Shown: in pieces, positions 12,501-25,625 of the stretch | Numbering within the stretch: position 1 is the first letter of the stretch | Layout: each line of letters begins with the position of its first letter | Source: Eledone cirrhosa | Taxonomy: Eukaryota | Assembly: GCA_964016885.1 (NCBI GenBank) | Contig: OZ024756.1 | Span: forward strand, 26,102,001-26,166,000 | Direction of reading: 5' to 3' | Length of the DNA stretch: 64,000 bases | Notes under the pieces: model-generated | Told to the model about the DNA's origin: nothing | The model's database searches: none | Seen by the model: the letters and a program-made list of their open reading frames with translations, nothing else | Made by a program: the position numbers and the translations under genes

Positions 12501-12874
12501 GTAATGAGTATGATTGAAGTTGCAGCTGCAAGTAGCAGATTCGCATCCGATTTTCAAAGCCTGTCACAAAGCACTCGATGATAGAGTAATTAATAAATTT
12601 ATCCTCAAAGTGCACACAAGAAGTTAGGTAATAGTGACACAATGTGATCAGATGCATGTTGCCACATTAATACTACAACAACGAAAAATACAGACAGGAT
12701 ATATAAATATATAAAATAAAGAAATAAAATTTATGGTTTCATTTCAGTCACCTTGGCTTGCAAGACAGAAACATTTACAACCTGGCCTGCCTCCAAAAAA
12801 TTTGCCAGCCACTGGATTAATTAAATAACTTTTACATTTGGAAATCACCCAGATATTGATATTATTATTATTAT

Positions 12875-13100
12875 CGGGGTGGTGGATTGGCAGAGTTGTT
12901 AGAGTGTCAGACAAATGCATAGCAGTATTTGTTCTGGCTCTCTATGTTATGAGTTCAAATGCCACCAAGGTCAACTTTGCTTTTCATCCTTCTGAAGAAG
13001 TTGATAAAATAAAGTAGCAGTCAAGTATTGGTGTCTGTATCATTGACTTTTCCCTTCTCCCCAAATTGCTGGCTTTGTGCTGAATTTAGCAACCATTATT
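12875..13100 (+). mobile_element. Diverged SINE family B
   Basis: ggtggtggattggcag...gagttcaaat...ttgcttttcatcc...aattgctggctttgtgc. Confidence 0.75.
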
Positions 13101-14569
13101 CTTATCATTTGAAGAATTTTTAGATGGACTGTACCTGTAATTCAAGTGTTCAGCCTTGTCACACTGATTCTACCAGAAAATTATGTTGTGTGTCTGTGGC
13201 ATACTCAGTCACTCACACAACAATACATGATGGATTGTATCAGTAATTTGAAGGTCCAACTTTGTCACATATTTTGTAATGTTGATAACATCATCATCAT
13301 CATCATCATCATTTTACGTTCGTTTTTCCTTGCTTGCAAGGGTGGGATGGATCCTTTTCAGCACAGCATCTCTCCATTGTGAGCTTCACTGATCTGAGGT
13401 CAGCTCTTACCACATCTGCCCATGATTTTGTGGTCTCTCTGCGTACAAATTATGTTATGTGTGCACATGTCTGTGGAACACTTAACCAGTTACACAATGT
13501 TCATTGTACATGTATCTGTGGAATACTCAACCATTTACACTGTAATAGCTGGAATTCAAACATCCAGCCTTGTCACACATTGTGTTATGCTAATTCTGAG
13601 AATTATGTCAAGGGTGCACATTTACACATTAATTCAGCAATTAATGTGGGGTTTCTGTACAATTTAATTTCAGTTAAAGTCTCACTCAAGCAATTAGTTC
13701 ACTATGAGTGGTGGTCAGTCTTTTCTTCAGCTTTGTCATTTGTTGAGAAGTTATGTCACAGAAAGTATTTCTTATAACAGACATGTTCAGTTTAAAGGTA
13801 GTAGTAGTGGTGGTGGGTTTTGTTGTGATAATGGTGGTAGTACACGTTGTCATAGTGATAGTGGTGCAGGTTGTTTAATCCTAGCCTTGAGCCAGTAGAT
13901 ATGATCAAAGGTATTTCAGCCATGATCACTGTCTCAAACAATGGTGTCGGAAGGACTCTTCAGTTGTTTCAAAGACATGATGACATGGGTGCTTATTGTC
14001 ATGTCACCAGCACGGCCACCTTGCATGATGGACTGGGTGCTTTTTGTCATGTCATCAGCATGATGACCTTACAGGATGAATTGGGCACTTTTTGTCAAGC
14101 CACCATATGACCTCCTTATAGGGTGGATTGGGTGCTTTTTCTCATGTTACCATCCTGACCACCTTACAGGATGGACTAGGTGCTTTTGTTATCGTGGCAC
14201 GGGATCAGCATACAGTGTAGACTTAGTGTTTTTTGTTATGGTAATAGCATCTTGGAAGATGAGATGTAGTGTGTGTCCAGCTTGGTGGATGGATTTCTAC
14301 TCGCCCCTTTCCTACACACTGAGTAGGGCCATTTCCCTGAAGGGATATGAGCCTTGTTTTCCTTACTACTTACTAGAACTTTGGTCTTTGCCATGTTGGT
14401 TATGCTTCCAGATCAGGAATCTTTTTGTAGATCTGACATGGACTCAGCTATGAGAGTTAGATCATCAGCATGCTTCCACTCTTTTACGTTCTAACATTTC
14501 TACAATCTTTCCTGATCTTCCTCTTATTGTGTCTAAATTAATAATCATGCATATATATACACATGTATG

Positions 14570-14850
14570 TCAGGTCACCAGTTGGTGCTACTGGTAACAT
14601 GTATCCCAGTACAACCTGTCTCATGGTCGGGTCGTTGGCGACTAAACTGGCAACTCCACCAAGGTTTCTTGGTGAGGAGCGTGACTTTGGACATCCTGCA
14701 GGACTAAAAACAAAACCTGTCAAAGGGCAAAGGAGCTCTTAAGAGTCAATGGCCATCCAAAATCACCGGGAGAGATGACCCTTTAGCCTTTGTCAAGGCA
14801 GAATTCTAGGAGAAGAAAAACTGATATAACACCTGCAACCCTGATGGTAT
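14570..14850 (+). mobile_element. Probable LINE (RTE) 5'UTR with an HDV-like ribozyme-shaped segment
   Basis: Non-coding and GC-richer than its flanks; nested pairings described in findings. The RTE assignment is from recall of similar 5'UTRs. Confidence 0.45.
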
Positions 14851-15165
14851 CCAATGATGTTGACTTGTTCTTCTTTTTGGTAAATATCATTTTGGTTAAG
14901 AGAGTGGGACTGGCTTTGTGCAGTGCTTTTGCTCACTATAAAAGCTTCACGGCACAGGCATTGCTTTATATCTGGAGATCTCTCTGCACTTGTCGTCACA
15001 TGGTACCATGGGCCCAGCACTATGTGTCAATAATTGTGTAGTGTTTGTACCAGAGTTTTCAAGTCACTGGCTGGACTAAAAAGTCACACTCGTTCAGCGC
15101 ATTGGTAGGGGTTCTCCTACATGGATATAAAGTAATGGCCGTACTCGAAAACGAGTTGGCAGCCA

Positions 15166-15204
<39 letters not shown>

Positions 15205-16460
15205 TATATTATGTGAGGTAAAGCCTTTACCATGAAAATATAATAGTATATATAGAGTAGTGTGAATGCTAAAGGGTTAATACTTACTTGATCAATCTCT
15301 CTTTGTCAAACTGCTAAGTTACAGAACATAAACAGTCATACAATGGATTCTTGCAGTTTCTGTCTACCAAATTTCACTCACAAGGCATTGGTCAACCTGA
15401 AGATGTATTGAATATACTTGACCCAAGATGCTCCACAGTGGGACTAAACCCCAAACTATGTGGTTGTGAAATGAACCTCTTAATTTTTTAATTTTTCATC
15501 CAGGTTCTTCTACTGAGAAGGTGTTATGTAATCTGCAGCAAAATGTAAGGTCTGCAATAGTGTCATGCTGTGGGTGTAGAGCTGTAAAGTTATGTTGGTA
15601 GCATCCAGCCCACACTCTAAAGTGGTCGTGTAGGTGTCACAATAGAAAGCACTCAGCACGCACTGTAAATGTGGTTGGCGTTATGAAGGGCATCCAGCCA
15701 TAGAAATCTATATGAGCAAGACACGGTCACCTGACCCAACTCCAATGGGACAACTTGTCTAACCCTTGCTAGTGTGGAAAATGGACGTTAAACGATGATG
15801 ATGATAAACATTTAAACCCTTTCATTACCATATTTCTAATAAACATTACTTATATGTTTCTAAATTATTATGAAAACAATCAAGAATTTGGAGAGATTTA
15901 GTAATATAATTAACTTTCTCATTGTTGAATTAGTGTTTGTGGCATATTAAAGGTTCTTAGATAAATATAAACAAACTGCCTTTAGCTTTCAAATAACATT
16001 GAAAATAATCAAGAATTTGCAGAGATTTAGTTATGTAATTAACTTTCTCTTTATTAAGTTGGTGTTTGGAACACAGGTTCTGGCATAAAAATATGATGGA
16101 ACGTTTTTAGATAAATACAAACACTTCAAATCAAACAGTTTACCATCATAGAACATTCTTCACTTAAATGTATTCAATGAATTCTAAATATCTTTTTAGA
16201 AAGTTTTTGGCAGGTAGTGTTTGTGTGACAGACAGAGAAAAATTGTAGTTGTTAGAATATATATTGAAGGAGTGGGGGTATGAGAACAGCTGCTTATCTA
16301 TAAAATAAGTTACGCCCCTTACATCGACTTCCGGTAACCACAGCAGCTACTATGTCTGCTCACAATATCTAGGTCTCTTAAGGGAATAGGCTGCGATCAT
16401 GATGGGCACTACTGGAATTTCTTCAACACACACACACACACGTGTATATATATATATGTG

Positions 16461-16492
<32 letters not shown>

Positions 16493-16979
16493 ATGAGATA
16501 TATGTATGGACTAGTAACTGTTGATGGATCGTCGTAGGTGTGCCATAGTGCCAACAGGCCACCTCATAATAACATATCTACATCTATATGCTTGTCTTTC
16601 TTATTGTTAGCCACGATTGAATAGACCTATGATCCAAAGAATTCCTACCACTACCACCCTGTCTTATTATTGATATCTAAGGACCACATCTAATTTTTGA
16701 GGAGGATTTAGACTATTTCTAGCGACCTCTTCTTTGGCTTATCGTCTGCCCATTTGCTTATGATCTATTGTAATGTTTGTGAGGGACCTAGTCTACATAG
16801 ACAGTAGACCATCGAAAGAACGGTATAACGTATGCTAGAAGGATAGTTCCGGGGTTAATATAATCTTAGGAAAAAACACAAGATTGTCACTGCTGGAATG
16901 TCTTTGATCATAAGTTGGCTTAACCAAGACTGACCAGGAGTTAAAGAAACAACACGCTGTTAGTTTGTTTTTCAAAAAG

Positions 16980-17036
16980 TTTATAGCAGTCGTCCGGCAT
17001 ACGAGAGATGCATAGTTCGATTCCCACGGACGTCGT
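16980..17036 (+). pseudogene. tRNA(Ala)-like relic or SINE head
   Basis: Anticodon-like arm TCGT-ccGGCat-ACGA followed by B-box GTTCGATTCCC; 5' half missing. Confidence 0.35.
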
Positions 17037-17352
17037 TGTTCGCCCATTTTTGCTCTCGCCACCAGACTTATTCGACTATTTTATAGCTCATATACATGCA
17101 CTGTAGCAGCTTTTCACACACACACACACACAAAGAAAATAGATGCTTAAATAATTTAGTTTTGTTTGCTGTTACAATATATCAATTTCTGTGTGTAACA
17201 ATTGGACTGTGGAAATGACGGTAAAAGACGCAGATATAAAATAAAATAAAATTGGGCAAGACGGGAAAAGTGTCACAATTTGTATAGTTGACGTTACTAG
17301 AGATGGCATCCGATAGGAGAATAGAAATTATATTGATACAATACAGAGAGAT

Positions 17353-17720
17353 GGGTTAGACTAATTAAAATATCTAGACAGATATATATATATCCTATGT
17401 ATGTAAATACACACACATATGCATATTCTCATACATGTAAACACATACATATACATGCGTGCGTGTGTTAATGGATGTTTCACATATAATCATATGTAGA
17501 AATAATCCGACTTTAACTGAACGACGGGTTAGCCTAATTAAAATATATCTAGACACATATATCCTATGTGTATTCAAATGCAAACACACACATATATATA
17601 TATATATATATTTATTCTCATACACGTAAACACATACACACACATTATACACATGCGTGTGTATGTTAATGGATGTTTCATGTATAATCATATGTAGACC
17701 CAGTCACACTTTAACTAAAC
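17353..17720. repeat. Imperfect direct duplication (2 x ~180 bp)
   Basis: 'gggttag(a/c)ctaattaaaata...atggatgtttca...aatcatatgtaga...actttaact' occurs twice. Confidence 0.75.
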
Positions 17721-18121
17721 TAGCACTCAATACACAAGAGCAGTACAAATGTACAAAGTCACATTTATATTTTCCTTCAAAAAGTTACGCGCGCACACAC
17801 AAATATATATAAGGAAATGTGAGAATCCCAAATGCAAAAAATAACTGTACTAACAACTGAGCAGTATAGATAATAGCAGGGAAAATCGAGTAAATTACCC
17901 ATAGATATGGAAAAAATGGACAGAATGCTTTGTTTCTGGCAACACACATTAACTATAATATAGTTGAATAAAATCTTGAAAGCATAAAAAGTGAACAGGC
18001 GATTTATATATATTTATATATAATATTCTTTATTAAGGCTATGTGAGGTGACTTGTTACAGGGAGTTTCACCTGTGTAGTCACAGGATCCTCAAACAAGT
18101 AGTACACGCCCGTCATCATAC

Positions 18122-18169
<48 letters not shown>

Positions 18170-18500
18170 GTGTATGTGTGTGTATATATATATATATATA
18201 TCTATATCTAATGCTAGTAAAAAAAAAAATATATATGCATTTAGAGTACCTTATCTTGTGACAGTGTGTCAATTGATTAAGAAAGAATTAAATGTCAAGG
18301 GATAAGAAGAGAGACTGGAAGCTAAGTGTGACGCCACCACCACCACAAGTGATGGGTGTGTTCTAGGAATTGTTGATGGTGGCGATGCATCATGTATCCA
18401 AACTGAGTGTACTGTTAAACGATAGAGAGAGACATTCAGAGAGAAAATAAAGTGTTGCTTGCAATAAACGAAGATTTACGACATTTTTTTGTTAACTTAC

Positions 18501-18611
18501 CACGCATCCTTTACCAAGGCAACTGAACAGCAAGTCGTTTTCTTGTTGGTTCAGTAATGAACAGCCGACATTTGTGGCTTTCTTAGATACATTGTTGTTG
18601 TTTTGACTCAT
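18501..18611 (-). CDS. WASL: WASP/N-WASP coding exon 1
   Basis: MSQNNNNVSKKATNVGCSLLNQQENDLLFSCLGKGCV resembles N-WASP NVGSLLLTPQENESLFTFLGKKCV. Donor GTG|gtaagt is phase 0 and joins 8233 in frame. Not in the ORF list (37 codons). Confidence 0.93.
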
Positions 18612-18800
18612 GATAAGTGTCAGTGTCAACAACTTACGTCGTCATTTCGTTCAGGGAAAAAATCCAGTCCAAAATAAAATAGCTATAATTTACAAAAATC
18701 ACATTCAAAGACGGAACCCACTGCAACTACGACGACAGGACCGAATAACTTCCGGCGAACCACTCCTCTCCATTATTAGGATCATCATCATCAACAACAC
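18612..18800 (-). promoter_or_regulatory. Probable WASP 5'UTR/promoter with an ETS site
   Basis: Locally CpG-rich unique sequence; CCGGAAGT on the minus strand at 18748-18755, about 140 bp upstream of the ATG. Confidence 0.45.
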
Positions 18801-19259
18801 GGTAAAGGAAAAAAAAAAAAACCAAACCGAATTACTGCATTCATGTGAATAATATTATTCCGCATTAGCTTTAAAAGATGTAAAAATAAAATGCAGAAAA
18901 AACAACAACAGAATATTAAAAAGAAATAATCCATGGAAATTTTCCAATTTATGACAGTATAAAAATATTATTTTATCGGATATTAAACTGTTGTAATTCC
19001 TAACATTTTTTGAAAAGGCAGCTGAGAAAAATAATTTAATCTAATATTTTATTTAATATTTGTAATCGGGAGCTATATTTAACTTGGCTAGCATTGGCAT
19101 TTTTTAAGTTAGTAGATTTAATTAATAATAATGTCTTTTGTTGTGTAGACGGATGTTCCGATTTAGTGAGAATAAATTTTCAGTGTAATTTTTCTTGTTT
19201 GTTTATAAGTATCGTAATTTGTCAATGAATAACATTGTTTCCAGCCTGTGGCATTCGAG

Positions 19260-19675
19260 ACATTTGGGGCAGGAGCTCGCACGGCCGAGAGCGAAGTTTT
19301 TGTCATTGCTGCCGACTTCTCTTACTGAACGAAATATCAGATACCATTGCTAGTGAGGGTGCTTATTTATTCCAGTAGCTTAGCATCGCTATCACCCATT
19401 GTGAGGAGCTGGATCGCTGACAATCACATTTTTGTCATTGTTGGCGATTCCTCTTAATGATGTATCAGGTGAGGTCCGTGAGGGTGCTTGGCTGTTCAAA
19501 CGAATTAGCCTCGCTATTACATGGTCTTACTGAAGTGTTAGGCTAGGCACATGAGGGTGCTTGGCTATTCCAGTGTCTTAGCATCATTATTAGGCGGTCT
19601 TACTGAAGTATCAGGTGATGCTAATGAGGGTGCTTGACTGTTCCATTGCTTTAGCCTCGCTATCACCCGTGTTTT
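19260..19675. repeat. Diverged ~73-bp repeat array (4 units)
   Basis: Conserved + strand blocks TCTTACTGAA, TGAGGGTGCTT and TTAGC(C/A)TCGCTAT recur four times. Confidence 0.8.
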
Positions 19676-20358
19676 GAATTGCCTGAAGCAGACCCATAAT
19701 CGACGACGTTCCAGCCATACCAATTCCAGTTTTTTGCATATCTAGGACAGCGGTTATCCAATATGTCAAAGCGCTGTAAAAAAATCCTCTGATCTTTCAT
19801 GTCTGTTATGGTGGGGGTAGGGTGGGACACACAACAAAGATGCACCCTACAAGTCATTGAGTGTATGTATTGGACCTGTAACACCCGAAAGAGTTGTAGG
19901 GGTGACATAGTGGCATACAACATGTCATGGACATTTAAAACTTGGTAGAGCCCATCTCTCTTCAAGTCTGAACACAGCTGATTTCTTCCTAGAGGAGAGA
20001 AAGAGAAAGAGAAAGAGAATGATAGAGAAGAAATGAAAAAGATAGAGGAAGAATTGACCCCAGTACTGGACTGGTACTTTTTTTATCGACTGCAAAAGGA
20101 TGATATCTAATGTTGACCTTGGTGGGATTTGAACTCAGAGCAGAGAGAGTTCGAATGAATGCTGCAAAGCATTCTATCTAAGGTTCCAATGACTACCAAT
20201 TCACTGCCTATCAACAGGTTGCTATGTGACTATAATTCACTTCTATCAGTAAATATATCCCTCAATTTTGATGTAAAGGTTCCCTAATTAACTCCCTTTG
20301 GCTACTATTTCTAGCAGAAAATGAATGTAATAGGGTGGTGGTGGTGGTGGTGGGATGG

Positions 20359-20398
<40 letters not shown>

Positions 20399-20574
20399 AG
20401 TAATCCAAGATGTGATGCAGCATTCCATCCACAGACACATTGTTTTGGAATTTACAGCCGTTACCGTTCCCTTTCCCCTTGAGATGAGCAACACGCATTT
20501 GGGGGCTTGACCCAGACTTCTTCGGCCACTCATACAAATGCATTCTCTCTCTCTTCCACAGGTTGTTGTAATAA

Positions 20575-20800
20575 TGTGCATGGATGTTGCCATTCATATC
20601 TACACATCGCCCTCTGTGGCACCAACTCCTTGGCCTATCCCATCCGAGGGCACATATTGTACCAGAACACCAACTCTATTGGTGAAATGTGTCCCCTCTA
20701 CTCCATGGCTTTGATTGTGCAATGGTGTCCTCTCCACAATCCCATTTCCACTCGGCTTGTATGCCGCTCTGAAGAAGCGTGCCATTAAGGCCAAGCACAC
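20575..20800 (-). mobile_element. Ty3/Gypsy integrase relic (frameshifted)
   Basis: RFFRAAYKPSGNGIVER/HCTIKAME*RGHISPIELVFWYNMCPR, an rve-type 'P.SNG.VER' motif carrying the catalytic Glu. Confidence 0.75.
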
Positions 20801-20947
20801 TTTTAATACCTTGCAGTGTGGAGACCAATTTTATCTTTCTAATCTGGTGATAACATCCTCCTCATTGCTGAAGGCTTTGACTGCATAGATTTTCATTGAT
20901 TCTTATTTTCATTGCTATATCATCTGTGATCTTGGAGAAAGTAAATA

Positions 20948-21124
20948 CAGTGAAATTCTGTTATAACGAAATTCACGGGGTATAGAAAAAAATTCGTTGT
21001 AATGAAAAATTCTTTATAACAAGATCGACCGAGACTCATTGAGTGTGTGGCCGTGGATTGAAAAAAATTTTGTTATACTGAAAAATTTGTTATAATGGTA
21101 TTCGTTATAACGAAATTTCACCTG
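20948..21124. mobile_element. TA-flanked MITE (Tc1/mariner-pogo type)
   Basis: TA|CAGTGAAATTCTGTTATAACGAA...TTCGTTATAACGAAATTTCACCTG|TA; second copy at 45907..46064. Confidence 0.85.
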
Positions 21125-21830
21125 TAATAAAAAAAAACAAAAAAAAACAGTACCGAAAATAGCTTGTCATAAGAAGCGAAGAGGCCTACCATTGTGTCTT
21201 CACATGTGTCTGAACTGAATCTCCCTGCGTGGATGTTCACCTGTTTCACGTCTGGCCAAAGAATATAGCAATGCCAATGCTCACACACTCAATCATAGCA
21301 ACCATGAACACACACACACACACACACACACACACATCACACATGGTTCCCCCTTCCGACAGAAGAGTGCATGGAAAAGCCCGGGAACTTCCCTTGTGAT
21401 ATCACTGGCCCCTCACTTCCGGCAAGATCTACTCTGCACTTCCAGCACCCTAGCCCCACAATGATGATGGTGACGATGATGATGATGATGATGATGATGA
21501 TGATAATGGCTTCCTGAGACACCTCTATCCTTTTGTCACCACTGTACTCTGGTGTGTCACTTATCTTTCCACCAGAGCAATCACTGAAGTTCAGTCATAT
21601 CACATGTGAATACCAGCAACTCTCATCTGTCTTTTACATCAGCTGATGTCTGTGATATAACTGCAGTCATTCTCTCAGTTGGGTGAGAAGGTGCCGAGAG
21701 AGAGAGAGAGAGGTGGAGGGAGACTGCTGAGTAAATCACATGCAAGTTAATGATTCAAAGCTTTCTCTCTCTGTCTATCCATCTCTCTCTCTCTCTCTAT
21801 TTCTTTCTCTCTCATCCCACTCTCTATTTC

Positions 21831-21904
<74 letters not shown>

Positions 21905-22019
21905 ATTAAAATTTATTTGTCTCTAATATTTAGACATCTCAATGAAAGGATAAAAGATATTAATAAATTATTAACTCAGAGAAGTAATTAAACATATTAA
22001 ACTGAAGCCAAAATCTTGA

Positions 22020-22170
22020 GAGATCCATTCCTTTTGCTGAGTCTTCCTCTTGACAAGAACCTCTTTGCATGTGTTGTGCCAGAATTTCTTGGTGTGTTGT
22101 CACTGTGTCTCAATGCCTGTCCCACTGTCTTCTATCGGCTCTTGTAGAGGCTGATACCTATCCAGCAGGA
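22020..22170 (-). mobile_element. RTE LINE linker fragment
   Basis: DRYQPLQE...FWHNTCKEVLVKRKTQQKEWIS resembles the RTE endonuclease-RT linker 'TC.EVLG.K....KEWIS'. Confidence 0.6.
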
Positions 22171-22174
22171 GGTC

Positions 22175-22494
22175 AAAACATGTAGGCATGATGGAGGCCC
22201 GGTTTGAAGAACCCTTCTTCAACCATCAGACAACCTTTAGACACTCTGATAAATGACTGTCCATGAAGCTAGCAAGCCACATATGGTCACTCAATGGATG
22301 CAGATGTGAATTACTCCATTCGGTGGAAAGTTCTGGTCAAATCCAGGCCATATGGAAATGGTGATTTATCCTGTAAGCTGTGTATTGACGAAAGATTGAA
22401 TATCTTGCAGAAATTATGTAATAGTATTTGCCTTAACAGAAGGACTGATTTTTTTAATCGTTGCCCCTCACACTATGAATTACCTGTTACGTAA
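22175..22494 (+). mobile_element. Penelope-like element GIY-YIG endonuclease C-terminal relic
   Basis: VGM...FNHQTTFRH...LASHIWSL/DVNYSIRWKVLVKSRPYGNGDLSCKLCIDERLNIL...LNRRTDFFNRCP; contains a stop and a frameshift. Confidence 0.85.
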
Positions 22495-23229
22495 CTACAA
22501 AGACCTGGCGTAAATCTAACCTGGAATGAACTAACTCAAACGAAAATCGTCTCCCTTGCATCAGTTTAATAAGGGTTGTCTCCCTTATCACAAAAAATAT
22601 CTCTGTCCATTACAATCCAGTCAGCTCATATACATTTCTGTTCTCAGCACAGTCATACACGGGTTGAAAATCCACCAGGTAAAATGAGCGTTCTCGAGTA
22701 TGGTTTGCTAATTTGTTGTGAAACTAACTCTATATCCATATATATATACATATATGATAATAATGGAGCTGCGCGTTGCAAATGGGATACATATAAAAAA
22801 GTAAGTCCTTCATCAGTGACCCTCCAACCGTCCCAGGCATTTCATCGCTTTAAGGGCCATATACCTCAGGTTGGTGCGAACAACGGCTAAAAAAGTCGTT
22901 GGGACACGTACATAAAGGGGACGTTAGGGTGAACAAACAAAATGGTTTAAGCAACAGAAAGTGAGAAGAAAGAGACAAGTCCCAGTTTTCTATGAATATA
23001 AACTCGGTGAAATCGTGAACAAGAGACAAAAGACCATCAAACCTGGTTGAAATGTGAGCAAGGAAATATATACATATATATATATACATACACACACACA
23101 CATAAATGTTTCCCTATTCCTTAGCTAACTCGACACAAGAGAGAGAGCCCTCTCCAAATTACAGTAATGTGTGTAACATTTCATTGGTTACATCATTTGA
23201 TGGCTGGAAGTATGAAAAGCTTCCCCTAC

Positions 23230-23332
23230 TAACATATATATATATACACACACACAGATACATGCACAAACATACACACATGTACACACTCACACAGCAA
23301 ACTCACACACACACAACCACTAAGAGAGTGTA

Positions 23333-23366
<34 letters not shown>

Positions 23367-23420
23367 CGCGAGAGAGTGTGTGTGTGTGCGAGAGAGATAG
23401 ATAGATAGATAGAGAGAGAG

Positions 23421-23506
<86 letters not shown>

Positions 23507-23872
23507 ACACACACATTCAAATACATAATACAGAGAGACAGATACACAGAAAGACTGAAAAGAGAGATATAAAGAGAGTTAGAGCAGTAGGGATGGGGAG
23601 AAGAAAGGTATAGACAAAGAGGGAGAGAGAGAGAGAGTGTGTGTGTGGAGGGATGGAAAGAGATACATAGAAGTGGGAGGCAGTCTAGTATTAAAATGTG
23701 TGGTGTCCTCCTCCGTCGCCCCCCCCCCCCCCCCCAGCTACTCCCCCACTTTCTCTCAAGTTTCTCTCTAGAACAGCTGCTTGTCATTTTTTGTTCCTGT
23801 TTCACCCTGTTGCTATTTCCAAATGACACTAAATTGGTGCCAAATGGAAAACACAAACATATATATATATAT

Positions 23873-23953
<81 letters not shown>

Positions 23954-24197
23954 CATACACATATATATATATGTACACACACACACATAAAATAAATATG
24001 TATATGTGTATTATAAAAATAGCAGAAAACCAGAGGAAGCAATTGTCTTGGAAAAAGCAACCACAAAACAACAGGTCTCCTACCACACACAAACACACAT
24101 GTGTATGTGTGCATATGTATGTATCTATCTATATACATATATAAAATATATATGTATATATATATACACACACACACATATATATATATATATGTGC

Positions 24198-24265
<68 letters not shown>

Positions 24266-24270
24266 GCAAA
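23230..24270. repeat. Microsatellite block: (AG)n, (AGAT)n, (GT)n, (TA)n
   Basis: Seen directly. Confidence 0.95.
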
Positions 24271-24394
24271 GTTTTATTTAAATTGTTGGGTTACAACGAG
24301 TAAATATTTATAACTGATATAAAAGCACTCAACAAGTATTTGGAGTATGTTTACGATATTAAATAAATGGAAACTATATTTATAAAACCATATT

Positions 24395-24460
24395 TATTTC
24401 ATTATATATATTTCAGGGATATCATATTAAAAATATGTTATGCCTTCTTCAGACAAAATA
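24395..24460 (-). ncRNA. Identical hammerhead motif on the opposite strand (left palindrome arm)
   Basis: Exact reverse complement of 24595..24660. Confidence 0.65.
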
Positions 24461-24594
24461 CAATATAAACAGTCTTATAAATTTGACATACCTTTCAACT
24501 TCAACTTCCATTTAAAAAACAAATCAACTTTTTAAATGGAAGTTGAAGTTGAAAGGTATGTCAAATCTATCTATTTATAAGACTGTTTATATTG

Positions 24595-24660
24595 TATTTT
24601 GTCTGAAGAAGGCATAACATATTTTTAATATGATATCCCTGAAATATATATAATGAAATA
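24595..24660 (+). ncRNA. Type I hammerhead ribozyme motif (Penelope-type)
   Basis: Stem I UAUUUUGU/AUGAAAUA, core CUGAAGA, stem II AGG..CAUAU/AUAUG..CCU, GAAA, palindromic stem III UAUAUA, cleavage triplet AUA. Confidence 0.65.
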
Positions 24661-24717
24661 AATATGGTTTTATAAATATAGTTTCCATTTATTTAATATC
24701 GTACATATATATATATA

Positions 24718-24764
<47 letters not shown>

Positions 24765-24858
24765 ATATATATTTTATATATTTATATATATACGTATATA
24801 GATAGATACATACATATGCACACATACACATGTGTGTTTGTGTGTGGTAGGAGACCAG

Positions 24859-24904
<46 letters not shown>

Positions 24905-25593
24905 CTGCCCTTTGTCTATTGAAATAAAAGGGAAAAGAGGAAGGAAGGAAGGAAGGGTTGTTTGAAGTTTTCTTGAACTATTCCAAGGAACACTTTCTAT
25001 GAAGCACTGTTGTTGTTGTTTTAATGTTTGTTTGGCACCATCCTTTAGCTGGGAAAGGGCACCAGTTTTCTTCCATTTTCGTGAAATAAAATAGTATAAC
25101 CCAGGACAGGGGATTGGCAGAATTGGTAGGGCATCAGATAAGATACCTTGGTGCATTTCCTCATCATCATTATAATCATCATCAACATCATCATCATCAT
25201 CATCATAATCATAATCACCATCATCATCATCATCATCATTTTAGGTCCTTTATCCATGCTGTCAGCAGTTTGACGGTTTGTTATATTTGGAATATTTGAC
25301 TTGTTAACCTTCAGCATGCTGTGGGTGATACATAGCCCCATATGAGTAATATCCCCTTAATAGATAGTGCAGTGTCAAGGGAAACAACTCATAAGAATTA
25401 TTAGTGTGCTAAAGGGTAAATGAGCAGGTTTTGCTCATATGTAAACAAAACACTTTATAGCAAGTAATAAATAGATTTTATTGTGATACCAGTACTACCA
25501 TTATACAGAGTGTACTGAAGGCATTATATTGTGGCACCATCACTTTACAGAGTGCACTGGGTGTATTTTATTGTGACACATGTATCTATATGT

Positions 25594-25625
<32 letters not shown>

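Larger units (their letters stand above)
24352..24703. repeat. Near-perfect ~350-bp palindrome
   Basis: Arms of ~165 bp, identical except an 8-nt insert (tctatcta) in the right arm; spacer of about 10 nt. Confidence 0.95.

Noticed and set aside
16310-16420. Second ACTTCCGG ETS site in WASP intron 1 as an alternative promoter
   Set aside because: Single motif with no associated exon or ORF.
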